Below are positions 1 through 9,192 of a DNA stretch of 38,171 nucleotides, piece by piece. Positions within the stretch are counted from its first letter, which is position 1; each line of letters starts with the position of its first letter. The notes beneath the pieces were generated by a model. That model saw only the letters and a list, made by a program, of their open reading frames with translations. It did no database searches and was not told the origin of the DNA. Made by a program: the position numbers and the translations under genes. Source of the stretch: Caulobacterales bacterium (GTDB taxonomy: Bacteria > Pseudomonadota > Alphaproteobacteria > Caulobacterales > Aquidulcibacteraceae); NCBI GenBank assembly GCA_040510175.1, contig JBEVJO010000340.1, forward strand, positions 1-38,171. The letters run 5' to 3'.

Positions 1-39
1 CCCGGCGACACCGTGCGGATAGGCGAGCGCATCTTCTAA
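1..39 (+). CDS. 3' end of a CDS cut by the window edge (..PGDTVRIGERIF*); possibly an outer-membrane polysaccharide export (Wza/ExoF-type) protein
   Basis: Frame 1 reads PGDTVRIGERIF followed by TAA at 37-39. A PGD-x-hydrophobic tail resembles the C-terminal SLBB repeats of OPX proteins, and OPX genes often precede exoP/wzc-type genes. Only 12 codons are visible. Confidence 0.3.
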   Translation, partial: PGDTVRIGERIF

Positions 40-185
40 GACGCATAGTTTTGGCGTCCGTCCTATGGGCCTGTTGAGACGAACGCGGCGTAAAAGACAA
101 TCTCTGATGGGCATCCGATTTGCGGCGCGCGACCTGTGTAGTCGCGACCCGCGCGCGGCGATAGGATGCGATTTTATGCTGCGTT

Positions 186-2018
186 TTGCGAAAGCGTTCG
201 ATGAATTTCGATCCTCAAGCGCGAAAGTCGGGAGTTCAAAGGCGAATGCTTTCGGCCGCCGCTGACGACGGGCCCGGCGTTCGTTCCGCCATCGGGCTAT
301 TGATGCGCCGGCATTGGACGATCGGAATCGTAACTTTCGCCGTTACCGCGCTGATGTTTGCCGCTGTCCTCAACGCGCCGAAGAAATACGTGGCCACTGC
401 CATGGTGCTCCTGCCTCCCACGCATCAGGCGTTGTTGGGCGGAGATGCCGGAAAACTTCCACCTGCCGAACAAACAGAGGTTGATGCAGAACTAGCGGTT
501 CTTCGTTCACCAATATTGATCGGAAAAGTGATCGACAGACTGAGACTCGATAACGATCCCGAATGGAACGCCGCGTTGCGTACGCCCGCAGCCTTTACGG
601 CGCTGCTTACAAAAGCCGGCATCTCAAGCGCGCGGCAACCATCAGGGACTCGAGCTAAGATTATCAAAGCCCTTGAGCGGTCTTTGAGCATACAGCAAAA
701 AAGCAATAGCTATGTGTTGGAGGTGACCGCAGTCTCCAACAACCCCGAAAAAGCAGCCGACGTCTCAAATGCAGTTGTTGACGTTTATCTCGATGGGCAA
801 ATGGCGAAGCGCTTTGCCGCACAGGCGGCCGCGAATGAGTGGCTGTCACAGCGCCTCGACGATTTGTTGATCGAGATTCGCCAAAAGGAATTGGCGCTGG
901 AGGCGTTTAAGGCGAAACACAATCTTACCGGCCTTGTCAGGCCACGCCCCGATAGTCCGGCGGCGAGCGAGCTCTCGGGTCTTGAACGGGACCTGGAAGC
1001 GCAGCGCGGCGTCTATGATAATTTCCGCCAGCGCTATCAAGAGCTGGTTGGGATGCGACCCGCAGAACTTGAGCAGATGAAACAGGCGGCGGAACCTGGA
1101 ACGCCTGCGCGCTCTTTGTCGCTAAGTGCGCCGGTCCTGTTTGCCGTGAGCCTTGTGTTGGGAGTCATGTGTGGCCTGATGGCTGGCATACTGATCGACC
1201 AAATGGACAAAGGCGTCAGAGGCGCCGGCGACGCCTTAAGAAAGACCGGCCGGCGCGCGATCGCTTCAATTCCAGTATTGCGAGCGTCAGACTTAAAACC
1301 TCTGCCGGCCGGGTCTCGCACGCCTTGGAATTATATTCTCGAAAAACCGTTGTCCGCTTTCGCCGAAAGCATTCGCAATCTGCGCACCGCAATTATGTAC
1401 TCGGTTCAGACCGGTCCAGCGAAGCTCGTGTGCGTGACGTCGGTTCGCGCGCATGACGGAAAAACCACGACGGCGCTGTGTCTCGCGCAAATCGCCGCCA
1501 TGTCAGGACAAAAGATCCTCATCATCGATTGCGATTTACGTCGCAGGCTGATCGCCAAATGCTTGGGTCTTTCGCCCAGTGCAGGAGTGCTGGACGTTGT
1601 GGCTGGCGACGTTTCATTCGCCGATGCGATCATCACGGACGCTGCGACAGGCCTGGATATCTTGCCGGCTATCGAAGCGCTCTACACGCCGAAAAACGTC
1701 TTCAGCTCGCCCGCGATGGCCGAATTGCTGAGCCGCGCCCGCGCCCGTTATGACTTGATTGTCCTGAATGCGCCGGCGACGACGGCGGCGAGCGAGTCGC
1801 GCATTATCGCCGTGCAATCGGATCAAACCATTATTGTCGCGCGGTGGAGCAAAACGCCCACCGAGAGAATCCGGCGCGTGGTAAATGATCTTGAGGAATC
1901 CGGCGCTTTTGTTTCCGGTCTGGCGCTGAACTTCGTTAATCCTCGAGCCAAACGCCAGCTAGCGCCGACGGACACTGCGCACCCGGCCAATTACGCCAGC
2001 AAATATTTCGTCCAGTAA
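186..2018 (+). CDS. ExoP/Wzc-like polysaccharide co-polymerase (PCP-2a) with a C-terminal BY-kinase-like domain whose nucleotide-binding motifs are degenerate
   Basis: 610-aa ORF (TTG at 186, ATG at 201). Two TM segments (about aa 45-65 and 315-337) flank a coiled-coil-rich periplasmic region. The C-terminal domain aligns residue for residue with the paralogue at 5100-7595 (EKPLSAFAESIRNLRT; IIDCDLRRR). However, Walker A reads VRAHDGKT (nt 1443-1466) instead of AMPGEGKT, and Walker B reads LIVLNAPA (Asn codon 1767-1769) instead of VVLDCPP. Confidence 0.85.
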   Translation: MRKRSMNFDPQARKSGVQRRMLSAAADDGPGVRSAIGLLMRRHWTIGIVTFAVTALMFAAVLNAPKKYVATAMVLLPPTHQALLGGDAGKLPPAEQTEVDAELAVLRSPILIGKVIDRLRLDNDPEWNAALRTPAAFTALLTKAGISSARQPSGTRAKIIKALERSLSIQQKSNSYVLEVTAVSNNPEKAADVSNAVVDVYLDGQMAKRFAAQAAANEWLSQRLDDLLIEIRQKELALEAFKAKHNLTGLVRPRPDSPAASELSGLERDLEAQRGVYDNFRQRYQELVGMRPAELEQMKQAAEPGTPARSLSLSAPVLFAVSLVLGVMCGLMAGILIDQMDKGVRGAGDALRKTGRRAIASIPVLRASDLKPLPAGSRTPWNYILEKPLSAFAESIRNLRTAIMYSVQTGPAKLVCVTSVRAHDGKTTTALCLAQIAAMSGQKILIIDCDLRRRLIAKCLGLSPSAGVLDVVAGDVSFADAIITDAATGLDILPAIEALYTPKNVFSSPAMAELLSRARARYDLIVLNAPATTAASESRIIAVQSDQTIIVARWSKTPTERIRRVVNDLEESGAFVSGLALNFVNPRAKRQLAPTDTAHPANYASKYFVQ

Positions 2019-2053
2019 TACAGCACTGCAGAGCGGCTTCGACAGGAGCGCGC

Positions 2054-3196
2054 TTAGCCGTGCGAAACAAGCGCCAACTCAGTCGTTCGGATTTTCTGTG
2101 CGCTGACGTTCGCGCTCGTAGCGAGGCGAACGGACGCAAGGACGCCTGCATCGAAATTTTCCGGGCGGAACTTGTCCATGCTGCGTTTGCCCTCGACAGG
2201 CGAGAATGCGGGAAGCCATTTTTCAAAGTCATCAAGCGCATGGACCAGGCTGTCCACGCTTTGCTCGTGAAAAAACCTCCCGGATACATTGTTGACTACG
2301 GTGTCGAGAGCGCCGCCGCGGCCATAAGCCAGAACCGGCCGGCCCGACGCCATCATCTCCACGGGAACAATGCCGAAGTCTTCCTCCGCGGTGAAGATAA
2401 GGCCGCGGGAGGTCTGATATGCCTGTTTCAATTCGGCGAAAGACAGCCCTTTCTTGAAGGAAATGTTGGGTTTCGCTCGGCGTTTCAATTGCGCTTCCAT
2501 CTCGCCCTCGCCGATGACCAGCAATGGCAGGCCCAAGCGGTTAAAGGCTTCGATGGCGATGTCGGGGCGTTTGTAAGCGGTGAGCTGGCCGAGCCAAAGA
2601 TAATGCGGGCTGACCTGGGAGGAAATCTCGAAGGCGTCAACGTCTACCGGCGGATACACGATGTCCGAGTCGCGCCGATAATATTTGCTGATGCGCCGCG
2701 ATACGAAGTTTGAGTTCGAAATAAAGCGATCGACCCGTTGTGCGCTGCTCACATCCCAAAGACGAAGCGAAGGCGAAAAAACGTCCATGCCCATGCGCGC
2801 GAAAAAACCCGCGTTCTCGCGATAGAGCGCGGCCTGATCCCACAAATAGCGCATGGGTGAATGACAATAGCAGACATGAGTTGCGTCGGGGCGCGTGATC
2901 ACGCCTTTTGCGGGGCCGGACTCGCTGCTGATCACAAGATCGTATTCGCGAAGATCGAGCGCCTCGAGCGCGCGCGGCATCAGCGGCAAATACTTTTGAT
3001 AATGTTTTACTGCGCCCGGCAGTTTTTGAATGAACGTCGTTTTTACGTTCGCGGCGCGGATCTTATCCGACACACGACTTGGATCATAAACGTGGGTGAA
3101 AATGTCCGCTTGGGGATAAAGATGAAGAAGCCGCTCGACGACGCGCTCTCCTCCGCGCATGCCAATCAGCCAATAATGTATGATCGCGACTTTCAA
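2054..3196 (-). CDS. Glycosyltransferase, GT4 (group 1) family
   Basis: 380-aa ORF. N-terminus MKVAIIHYWLIGMRGGERV is typical of GT-B retaining transferases. C-terminal E-x7-E motif EDFGIVPVE followed by ASGRPVLAYGRGGALDTV. Confidence 0.9.
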   Translation of the reverse strand: MKVAIIHYWLIGMRGGERVVERLLHLYPQADIFTHVYDPSRVSDKIRAANVKTTFIQKLPGAVKHYQKYLPLMPRALEALDLREYDLVISSESGPAKGVITRPDATHVCYCHSPMRYLWDQAALYRENAGFFARMGMDVFSPSLRLWDVSSAQRVDRFISNSNFVSRRISKYYRRDSDIVYPPVDVDAFEISSQVSPHYLWLGQLTAYKRPDIAIEAFNRLGLPLLVIGEGEMEAQLKRRAKPNISFKKGLSFAELKQAYQTSRGLIFTAEEDFGIVPVEMMASGRPVLAYGRGGALDTVVNNVSGRFFHEQSVDSLVHALDDFEKWLPAFSPVEGKRSMDKFRPENFDAGVLASVRLATSANVSAQKIRTTELALVSHG

Positions 3197-3332
3197 ACTG
3201 TCTCCGCAATTTAGCGTCGGATCAAGATCGGCTTGCGCTTTTTAGATCCCCAAGCGCTCAAGCCTCCCGCCCCGGATGCATTACCGCGTCATGTGGCTGA
3301 CTGGGCCGCCAGAGCACATGTTCGCAGTTCTT

Positions 3333-4121
3333 TTATGACGCCCGGGAAGACGGCAGCATTTCAGGCACTGTGCGCAGGATGATGCCGATGTCGCCTACCA
3401 GCGTCCAGTTCTTGACGTAGGATTCGTCCAGTTCGGTGCGCCGGTCGTAAGTCGTATTATTACGTCCGCTCACCTGCCACAGGCCCGTCATGCCAGGACG
3501 CGCGGAAAGATAGGCGGCGCGGCGCGCGCCATATCGGGGAAGCTCATCCGCAACTATAGGTCGTGGACCAACGAGGCTCATATCTCCACGCACGACATTT
3601 AGAAGCTGGGGCAACTCGTCCAGGCTCGTTTTGCGAAGAATTTTGCCGACCCAGGTGACCCTGGGATCGTCGCGCAATTTCCGGTCCTGGAGCCATTGCT
3701 CTGCGGCGGCGGGATTGGACGCCAGATACTCCGCCAACCGCTGTTCGGAATCCACGACCATGGTGCGGAACTTCAGGCACTGAAATTCCTTACCGCGAAA
3801 GCCGACACGCGTATGGGCGTAGAGCATCGGCCCGCCACCGAGCAAGGCGGCCAGCAGCGTCGTTGCGAGGATGAGGGGAAGCGTCAAGAGGATAATGCAT
3901 AAAGCTGCAGCGATATCGAATGCGCGCTTGAGGGGGCCGCCAACTGGGACTGTCCCAATCGCGCCGCCGTTCGGATGAGAAATCACTTCTGCCGCGTTTC
4001 GCGCCGCGTCTCGGCCGTTTGCGTCGGACGCTATTGAGGCCAAGAGGTCACGTGGGGGCCGCGAGGCGCCAAAGCGATCTGCATCGTCGGTGAGAGGCTT
4101 TCCTTCGATATTGTAGGCCAT
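3333..4121 (-). CDS. Priming polyprenyl-phosphate sugar-phosphate transferase (bacterial sugar transferase family, ExoY/WbaP C-terminal type)
   Basis: 262-aa ORF with one TM segment (AAALCIILLTLPLILATTLLAALL). Family motifs present: CLKFRTM, DELPQLLNVVRGDMSLVGPRP, GMTGLWQVSGRN. Confidence 0.9.
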   Translation of the reverse strand: MAYNIEGKPLTDDADRFGASRPPRDLLASIASDANGRDAARNAAEVISHPNGGAIGTVPVGGPLKRAFDIAAALCIILLTLPLILATTLLAALLGGGPMLYAHTRVGFRGKEFQCLKFRTMVVDSEQRLAEYLASNPAAAEQWLQDRKLRDDPRVTWVGKILRKTSLDELPQLLNVVRGDMSLVGPRPIVADELPRYGARRAAYLSARPGMTGLWQVSGRNNTTYDRRTELDESYVKNWTLVGDIGIILRTVPEMLPSSRAS

Positions 4122-4157
4122 GAAGTCCCTCAGTCGCTTAAGCTTGCCAGACCCGAA

Positions 4158-4172
4158 AATCGCTCAGGTAGT
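4158..4172 (+). repeat. Copy 1 of a perfect 15-bp direct repeat AATCGCTCAGGTAGT
   Basis: Exact match to 4423-4437, 265 bp downstream, both in the intergenic region. A related GAACAATCGC also occurs at 4616-4625. Confidence 0.6.
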
Positions 4173-4422
4173 CAGGCGTGCCATCGCAGAGCCTTATGCT
4201 CACTCATTCAATAAGGAACGGAAAGTCGCTCCCTACCTGGGTAGTTTTGCACTCAAACCCACCAGTCCGGCAATTGTATATGCCGGACCAATAAATCGAG
4301 AGCAGACCCCATCCCTAGAAGCGTTCACGCTTGCCTCGAGCCTCCCATTCAGAAGACGGAAGATTGCGTGCTTGCTGAAACCATGTCCAACGGTCCGCGC
4401 GCTTGGAAGGCAAGACCGGAAC

Positions 4423-4437
4423 AATCGCTCAGGTAGT
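4423..4437 (+). repeat. Copy 2 of the perfect 15-bp direct repeat AATCGCTCAGGTAGT
   Basis: Exact match to 4158-4172. It is preceded by GAAC, so that GAACAATCGC (4419-4428) is repeated at 4616-4625. Confidence 0.6.
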
Positions 4438-4666
4438 GATTAAAGCGATTGATTATCGCGCAGGTTAATGCCGGTCAAGGTTAAATAGTGCGCAAATCAG
4501 CGCCCCGCAGCACATAAACAAAGACCTGTGGCGTAGCGCGCACGGACGATTCGGACGCGGGCTCAGGTGTCATAATGTGACGGTCAGCCTGAATTTGTGG
4601 GCTTTGAGAACGCATGAACAATCGCGGAGTTCCAGCAGCGATTGCTGATCATCTGATTTTTCAGAA

Positions 4667-4699
4667 ATGACGCATTTTAAGCGCATTTATTCGCGTCAT
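4667..4699. promoter_or_regulatory. Inverted repeat ATGACGC-N19-GCGTCAT (candidate operator)
   Basis: 7-bp perfect arms at 4667-4673 and 4693-4699 in the AT-rich part of the intergenic region. The spacer contains a tandem CGCATTT(T/A) pair. Function is unknown. Confidence 0.3.
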
Positions 4700-4731
4700 A
4701 ATAGTTTCGCACAATGGGTAGACTGCGCACT

Positions 4732-4747
4732 GCGCTGTAAACAGCGC
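4732..4747. promoter_or_regulatory. 16-bp palindrome GCGCTGT-AA-ACAGCGC (candidate operator)
   Basis: Perfect 7-bp arms with a 2-nt centre, flanked by a GCGCACT direct repeat (4725-4731 and 4744-4750). It lies about 350 bp upstream of the exoP-like start at 5100. Confidence 0.3.
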
Positions 4748-5099
4748 ACTAACAAGGCCAGCGCCAGCGAGACGTTATATGCTAAGTAAATGTGCGCCGC
4801 GCGCGCCGGTCAGCTGCCTCACTGTGCAGCCTCGGCGACCTGAAGCAAGGTCGGGCGGGATGGGTCTCTATATCGGCGGCGATGTCGCACATTCCCCGCA
4901 AGCGCACCCGCGTCCCGTATAGGCGTTATGTATTGTTGCGATCGCGCAGAGTGGGGTATGAAGTGTGCATAGCCGGGATAGCAGCCGAAGCGCTTCGAAA
5001 CGAATGGGCTCCGTAGATGCCTCGGTTCATGGTCCCAGCCGTAGCGTAAGTCCGAAGGCCGATCATTGTACTCCCGAGTGGAGCTCCTGAAAGTCCAAT

Positions 5100-7595
5100 A
5101 TGAACGTACCGCGCAAAATCGATGGAATTCAGCGGCAAGTCGATCCGCGAGACGCCCGGCTTGATGCGCGCAGCGATTCCAGATTGGAGCGACACAATTT
5201 GAGGCGCGAGACGAATGTTCGCGGCTTCAATGAGTCCGACGATGAAGGCGAAGGCATCGACATCAAGGGGTTGATGCGTTTCTTCCTGCGCCGCCGCTGG
5301 GTCATGATGAGCGTCGGGGCCCTCGTCGCGGCCATCGTTGTCGTCGCGGTGATGCTACAGGCGCCAAAATATAGCTCGGTGGCGCTGTTGATGGTCTCGC
5401 CGCAAGAATCCGATCTCGTGATGGACAGCGACAAAAAAGCGTCTCAGCCGGATGCGGGCGCTCTCGAGTCACAGATCGAAATTTTGCAGTCGCGCAAGCT
5501 GGCCGGCAATCTTGCCGACCGTCTTAAACTGGCGAATGACCCAGATTGGAATACATCTCTACGGCCTTCGAGGCTGGAGACCCTATTCGGTATTAAGCCC
5601 AAGCCGAAACCCAAGACGAAGCTCACCAAGATGGAGCGTGAGCAACTGATCGATGGCGTGACTGGCGCTCTACAGGCTCGCCGCAAAGGTCTGACGTATG
5701 TGATCGAAGTGATTGCGACCTCGCCCGATCCAAAATTGTCGGCAAGGATGGCCTCCACCCTGGTGGACCTTTATTTTGAATCTCAGCTTCAAATGAAGCT
5801 CGACGCCAGCCGCAGCGCCAATGCCTGGCTGAGCGAACGGCTGGGACTTCTGAAGACAGAAGTCCAGCAGAAGGAGGCCGCAGTCGAGGCCTATAGAGCG
5901 TCGTCGGGCCTGCTGACCGCCTCGGGCGCGTCATTGACAGAGCAACAAATCACCGGCTTGCAATCAACGGTAATTCAGGCGCGCACGGACCTCGCGGAGC
6001 GCGAGGCCCGGTACCAGCAAGTGCAGGCCTTGATCCGTTCAGGAGGCAACGCCGACTCGATTGCAGGCGTCATCAATTCCGAAACCATCCGGGTGCTTCG
6101 CGCGCAGGAAGGCGATGCGGCGCGCCGGCAGGCAGATCTTGAATCCCGCTATGGAAACCTCCACCCCGCCATCGCCAAAGCGCGGGTGGAGCGTGAAGGC
6201 ATTCAAGCGCAGATCCAGGCAGAAATCGCGCGGATTTCGGCGAACCTGAAAAATGAAGTGGACGTGTCGCGCGCCCGCCTGGCGACGCTCTTGGGAAACC
6301 AGCATGCGGTCCAAGGCGAATTGGTCAGCAATAATTCCGGTATGGTGAAATTGCGCGAGCTGGAGCGCGACGCCGGCGCCACGCGTGCGATCTATGAAAG
6401 CTTTTTGAAGCGCTATCAGGAACTCACCGAATCGGAATCCTTGAAGGTCACGGATGCGAGCTTGGTCAGCCCGGCAACCCCCCCGACCGGAAAGAGTTCA
6501 CCGCGTCTGAGCGTTGCTCTGCTGCTCGGTTTTGCTTTGGGCGCATGCATCGGTGGCGCAGTCGGTCTGTGCATCGATCTCATGGACGAAGGATTGGACA
6601 ACGCCAAAGCGGTGGAAGCGGCCACAGGGAAACCGATCCTGGCCTCTATCCCCGTAGTGCATCCGCCTGGCATGACCGCGCTACCAAAGCAAACGGTGTC
6701 CGAAATAGGCGGCGACCTGATGCGCGCATCCACCATCAGCGATTTGAGGCGAGTCGGCGCTCAGGTCGCTTTATCGCTGAAGCATGGCAATATCGAAGCC
6801 ATCGGCAAAAAACGCGCGAAGCACCACAAAAATGCGAAGCCCGAAGAGCCGACAATTCTCGACGCCAGGCGTTTTGAGCCAAGCGGCGAAGGCTGGAACC
6901 CGGCGATGTATCTCGTCGAAAAGCCGATGTCGGCTTTCGCCGAAGGTCTGCGTTCGCTCCGCACCTCGTTGCTCTATACCGGCCTTGAACGCCGCGTGAA
7001 GGTGGTCGCCGTAACGTCTGCAATGCCCGGTGAAGGCAAGACGACGACGTCCATTTGTCTGACCCGCGTCGCGGGCTTATCGGGTCAACGAACAATTGTG
7101 GTTGAGTGCGACCTGCGCCGCCGTTCCTTGAACGGCGTGCTGGGATTGAAACCCGAACGCGGCATCCTGCAAGTCTTACGCGGCGAGACCACCTGGCAAG
7201 AAGCCTTGATCGTTGATCCGTATACCGGTGTGCACGTGTTGCCTGCGATTGAAGAAACCTTCACGCCTTGGGACGTCTTTGGGTCGCACGAAATGCGGAG
7301 TTTGTTGGACACCTTGTCCGAACAATACGATATGGTGGTGCTGGATTGTCCACCCGTTCTCGCCGTCGCCGAGACCCGAATTATCTGCCGTCTGGCCGAC
7401 GAAACAGTTTTGGTCGTACGCTGGGCGCAAACGCCGGCGCGGGCCGCCAATGGCGCCATTGAACTGATTGAGCAATGCGGCGGCAATGTCATCGGCATCG
7501 CTATCAACTGCGTTGATCCGAAAGCCCCGGGCCGCGGCTCCTATGGTGATGTTACCTTCCAAGCGCGCTATGCTGGCGAGTATTATCAAAGCTGA
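5100..7595 (+). CDS. ExoP/Wzc-like polysaccharide co-polymerase fused to a canonical BY (bacterial tyrosine) autokinase domain
   Basis: 831-aa ORF. It has two TM segments (about aa 66-88 and 470-495) and a long coiled-coil periplasmic region. Motifs: Walker A AMPGEGKTT (nt 7020-7043), Walker A' VVECDLRRR, Walker B VVLDCPP (Asp codon 7344-7346), and a C-terminal Tyr cluster SYGDVTFQARYAGEYYQS (nt 7542-7586). Confidence 0.9.
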   Translation: MNVPRKIDGIQRQVDPRDARLDARSDSRLERHNLRRETNVRGFNESDDEGEGIDIKGLMRFFLRRRWVMMSVGALVAAIVVVAVMLQAPKYSSVALLMVSPQESDLVMDSDKKASQPDAGALESQIEILQSRKLAGNLADRLKLANDPDWNTSLRPSRLETLFGIKPKPKPKTKLTKMEREQLIDGVTGALQARRKGLTYVIEVIATSPDPKLSARMASTLVDLYFESQLQMKLDASRSANAWLSERLGLLKTEVQQKEAAVEAYRASSGLLTASGASLTEQQITGLQSTVIQARTDLAEREARYQQVQALIRSGGNADSIAGVINSETIRVLRAQEGDAARRQADLESRYGNLHPAIAKARVEREGIQAQIQAEIARISANLKNEVDVSRARLATLLGNQHAVQGELVSNNSGMVKLRELERDAGATRAIYESFLKRYQELTESESLKVTDASLVSPATPPTGKSSPRLSVALLLGFALGACIGGAVGLCIDLMDEGLDNAKAVEAATGKPILASIPVVHPPGMTALPKQTVSEIGGDLMRASTISDLRRVGAQVALSLKHGNIEAIGKKRAKHHKNAKPEEPTILDARRFEPSGEGWNPAMYLVEKPMSAFAEGLRSLRTSLLYTGLERRVKVVAVTSAMPGEGKTTTSICLTRVAGLSGQRTIVVECDLRRRSLNGVLGLKPERGILQVLRGETTWQEALIVDPYTGVHVLPAIEETFTPWDVFGSHEMRSLLDTLSEQYDMVVLDCPPVLAVAETRIICRLADETVLVVRWAQTPARAANGAIELIEQCGGNVIGIAINCVDPKAPGRGSYGDVTFQARYAGEYYQS

Positions 7596-7654
7596 GTCTG
7601 CGCGCCTGCGCCAATAAAGGCCATGACCGCTTCAAGCGCTATGTCTGGAAACCT

Positions 7655-9130
7655 CTACGCGCGGCTTAGGCGCGAGGTTTCGTGCGCGCCATCTCTTGCC
7701 GCGACTGTATCGGCGGGCAGGTCCGGGTAATAATCCTCCTCGTCCCGAGCATCGGCCGCAAGAAGGCTTGCTTCGATGCGCGTGCGCCGGTCGAGGCCGA
7801 GCACGAAGCCTGCCATCAGCCCAAAAATGACGCCTGGATCGGGTGACGCCGACACAAGAAACGCGGGCGTCAGGATCAGCAACGAGGTCAAGCCGCACGC
7901 GATCACTCTTGGCCGCTGCGGCGACCGCACCCGGCGCGTGATCGCGCGCCAAATTTTGCCGAGGTACAACAGCAAGCAGATCACGCCGAATACGCCCATC
8001 GATCCAAGTATCGCCTGAGCGATCCCGGAGGATCGGAAGCTGCCGGGACCAATGCCGACCCCTTTGGATAAAAGGAATGCGTCCCAACCCTGCGCGGCCC
8101 AAATGCCGCGCTCAACCGCGGAAGCGCTAGTGCGTTTATCAATCGTGTTGCTTGTGAATATCTTTGCGAATTTGTCAGCGAAAGCCGGCATCATCGCCGA
8201 AACGCCGATGATCGCGACGACGGAAATGGCCGCCATGACCGCAAAGACCACGAATTTTCGCCGCCGGGTAAGTCGCGGCATGGGGGTGATGACGCCGGCC
8301 ACCAAAATCATCAGAAGGAGCATGCCTAACGTCGCGAAACCGGTGGCCGATGTTGAAAGCCCAATGAGTATCGCGACGCCAAGCGCCAGAAGTCCCGACT
8401 GCGTGCTTTTGACGTCGACAAGCCACATATAGGCAAACAGGATCATGGGCGCTGCACCGAACGCGGCAAATGATGACGGCTCTGGAAAAGAGCCGGAGAT
8501 TCTACGGATGCCGTCTGCGGATTGGCTTAGAATCGCATAGTTGGCTGTTTTCAACCACGCGAGCATGTCGCCAGCGCCCGCGTAGAAGCTCGCTAAATCC
8601 ACCAGCCCGAAAAGAATGAAAAGAAGCGCGGCTATCGTCCAACCCAATGCGAGCGTCGAAAAACCTTTGGGTGACTGGGCCATCATATAACCCGCCACTG
8701 ATGCGAGCGCGGTCAAGATCAGATAGACCGATTGCGTGATATTTTGGCTGGTGAAGGTCAGCAACGTCCGAAAAGGCTGCGGCCGCATCGCAAAGACGCT
8801 CATCGCGCCCTCTAGGAGACGCGGCATGGTGAAGGCGACAATTAGCCCGTAGAGGGCGGCCAGCAATAGATAGCTGTTGGCTTTAATTGCGGAAGCAGCC
8901 AGCTTTGGCTTCCGGTTCGCAATGAATAGACACTTTACGATAACGAACAATACGCAGAAATTCGGCGCCGTAAGGGAGGCCCCGCCAAGCATCGGCAGCG
9001 ACATTGCCTCGGCTGCGCCGAACACGCCGCAGACGACCAAAAGCATTACAAATTCGCGTAGCGGGCGCTTCAGCACCAGCATCAACAGGCATATGCCCGC
9101 GATGAGTAGCCCGTATAATGTGAATCCCAT
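7655..9130 (-). CDS. Polytopic membrane protein of the O-antigen ligase / Wzy polymerase family (likely repeat-unit polymerase)
   Basis: 491-aa ORF with about 11-12 hydrophobic helices. It has a loop with ERGIWAAQGWDAFLLSKGVGIGPGSF, resembling the Wzy_C/O-antigen-ligase signature. It sits in a Wzx/ExoP context. Confidence 0.6.
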   Translation of the reverse strand: MGFTLYGLLIAGICLLMLVLKRPLREFVMLLVVCGVFGAAEAMSLPMLGGASLTAPNFCVLFVIVKCLFIANRKPKLAASAIKANSYLLLAALYGLIVAFTMPRLLEGAMSVFAMRPQPFRTLLTFTSQNITQSVYLILTALASVAGYMMAQSPKGFSTLALGWTIAALLFILFGLVDLASFYAGAGDMLAWLKTANYAILSQSADGIRRISGSFPEPSSFAAFGAAPMILFAYMWLVDVKSTQSGLLALGVAILIGLSTSATGFATLGMLLLMILVAGVITPMPRLTRRRKFVVFAVMAAISVVAIIGVSAMMPAFADKFAKIFTSNTIDKRTSASAVERGIWAAQGWDAFLLSKGVGIGPGSFRSSGIAQAILGSMGVFGVICLLLYLGKIWRAITRRVRSPQRPRVIACGLTSLLILTPAFLVSASPDPGVIFGLMAGFVLGLDRRTRIEASLLAADARDEEDYYPDLPADTVAARDGAHETSRLSRA

Positions 9131-9192
9131 GACGTCTAATACGGTAAGGTATAAATCGTTCGCGCGCGATAGCTTAAGCTCAAAGCGTTACC

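Larger units (their letters stand above)
4122..5099. promoter_or_regulatory. Unusually long (978 bp), locally AT-richer divergent intergenic region between the priming transferase gene (-) and the second exoP-like gene (+); presumed promoter/operator region
   Basis: It contains no convincing ORF. Composition is visibly AT-richer than flanking genes, especially about 4440-4790. It carries several short repeats and palindromes, listed separately. No promoter consensus could be assigned by eye. Confidence 0.5.

Noticed and set aside
2060-2713. 217-aa plus-strand ORF antisense to the GT4 gene. Similar antisense ORFs occur at 30972-31574, 34005-34655, 34870-35541 and 35683-36075.
   Set aside because: Each is fully contained in, and antisense to, a gene with clear family motifs. 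None has motifs or a plausible ribosome-binding site.
4120-4443. 107-aa ORF, together with the 74-aa ORF at 4792-5016, inside the long intergenic region.
   Set aside because: There is no recognisable family, no obvious Shine-Dalgarno sequence, and the composition is atypical for the surrounding genes. I treat the area as regulatory DNA. A small protein cannot be formally excluded.
7648-7681. Hairpin GAAACCTC-N18-GAGGTTTC between the convergent exoP-like and Wzy-like genes, as a possible bidirectional terminator.
   Set aside because: The stem is only 8 bp plus a short imperfect inner stem, it overlaps the 3' end of the Wzy-like CDS, and no U-tract follows on either strand. It is not convincing as an intrinsic terminator.
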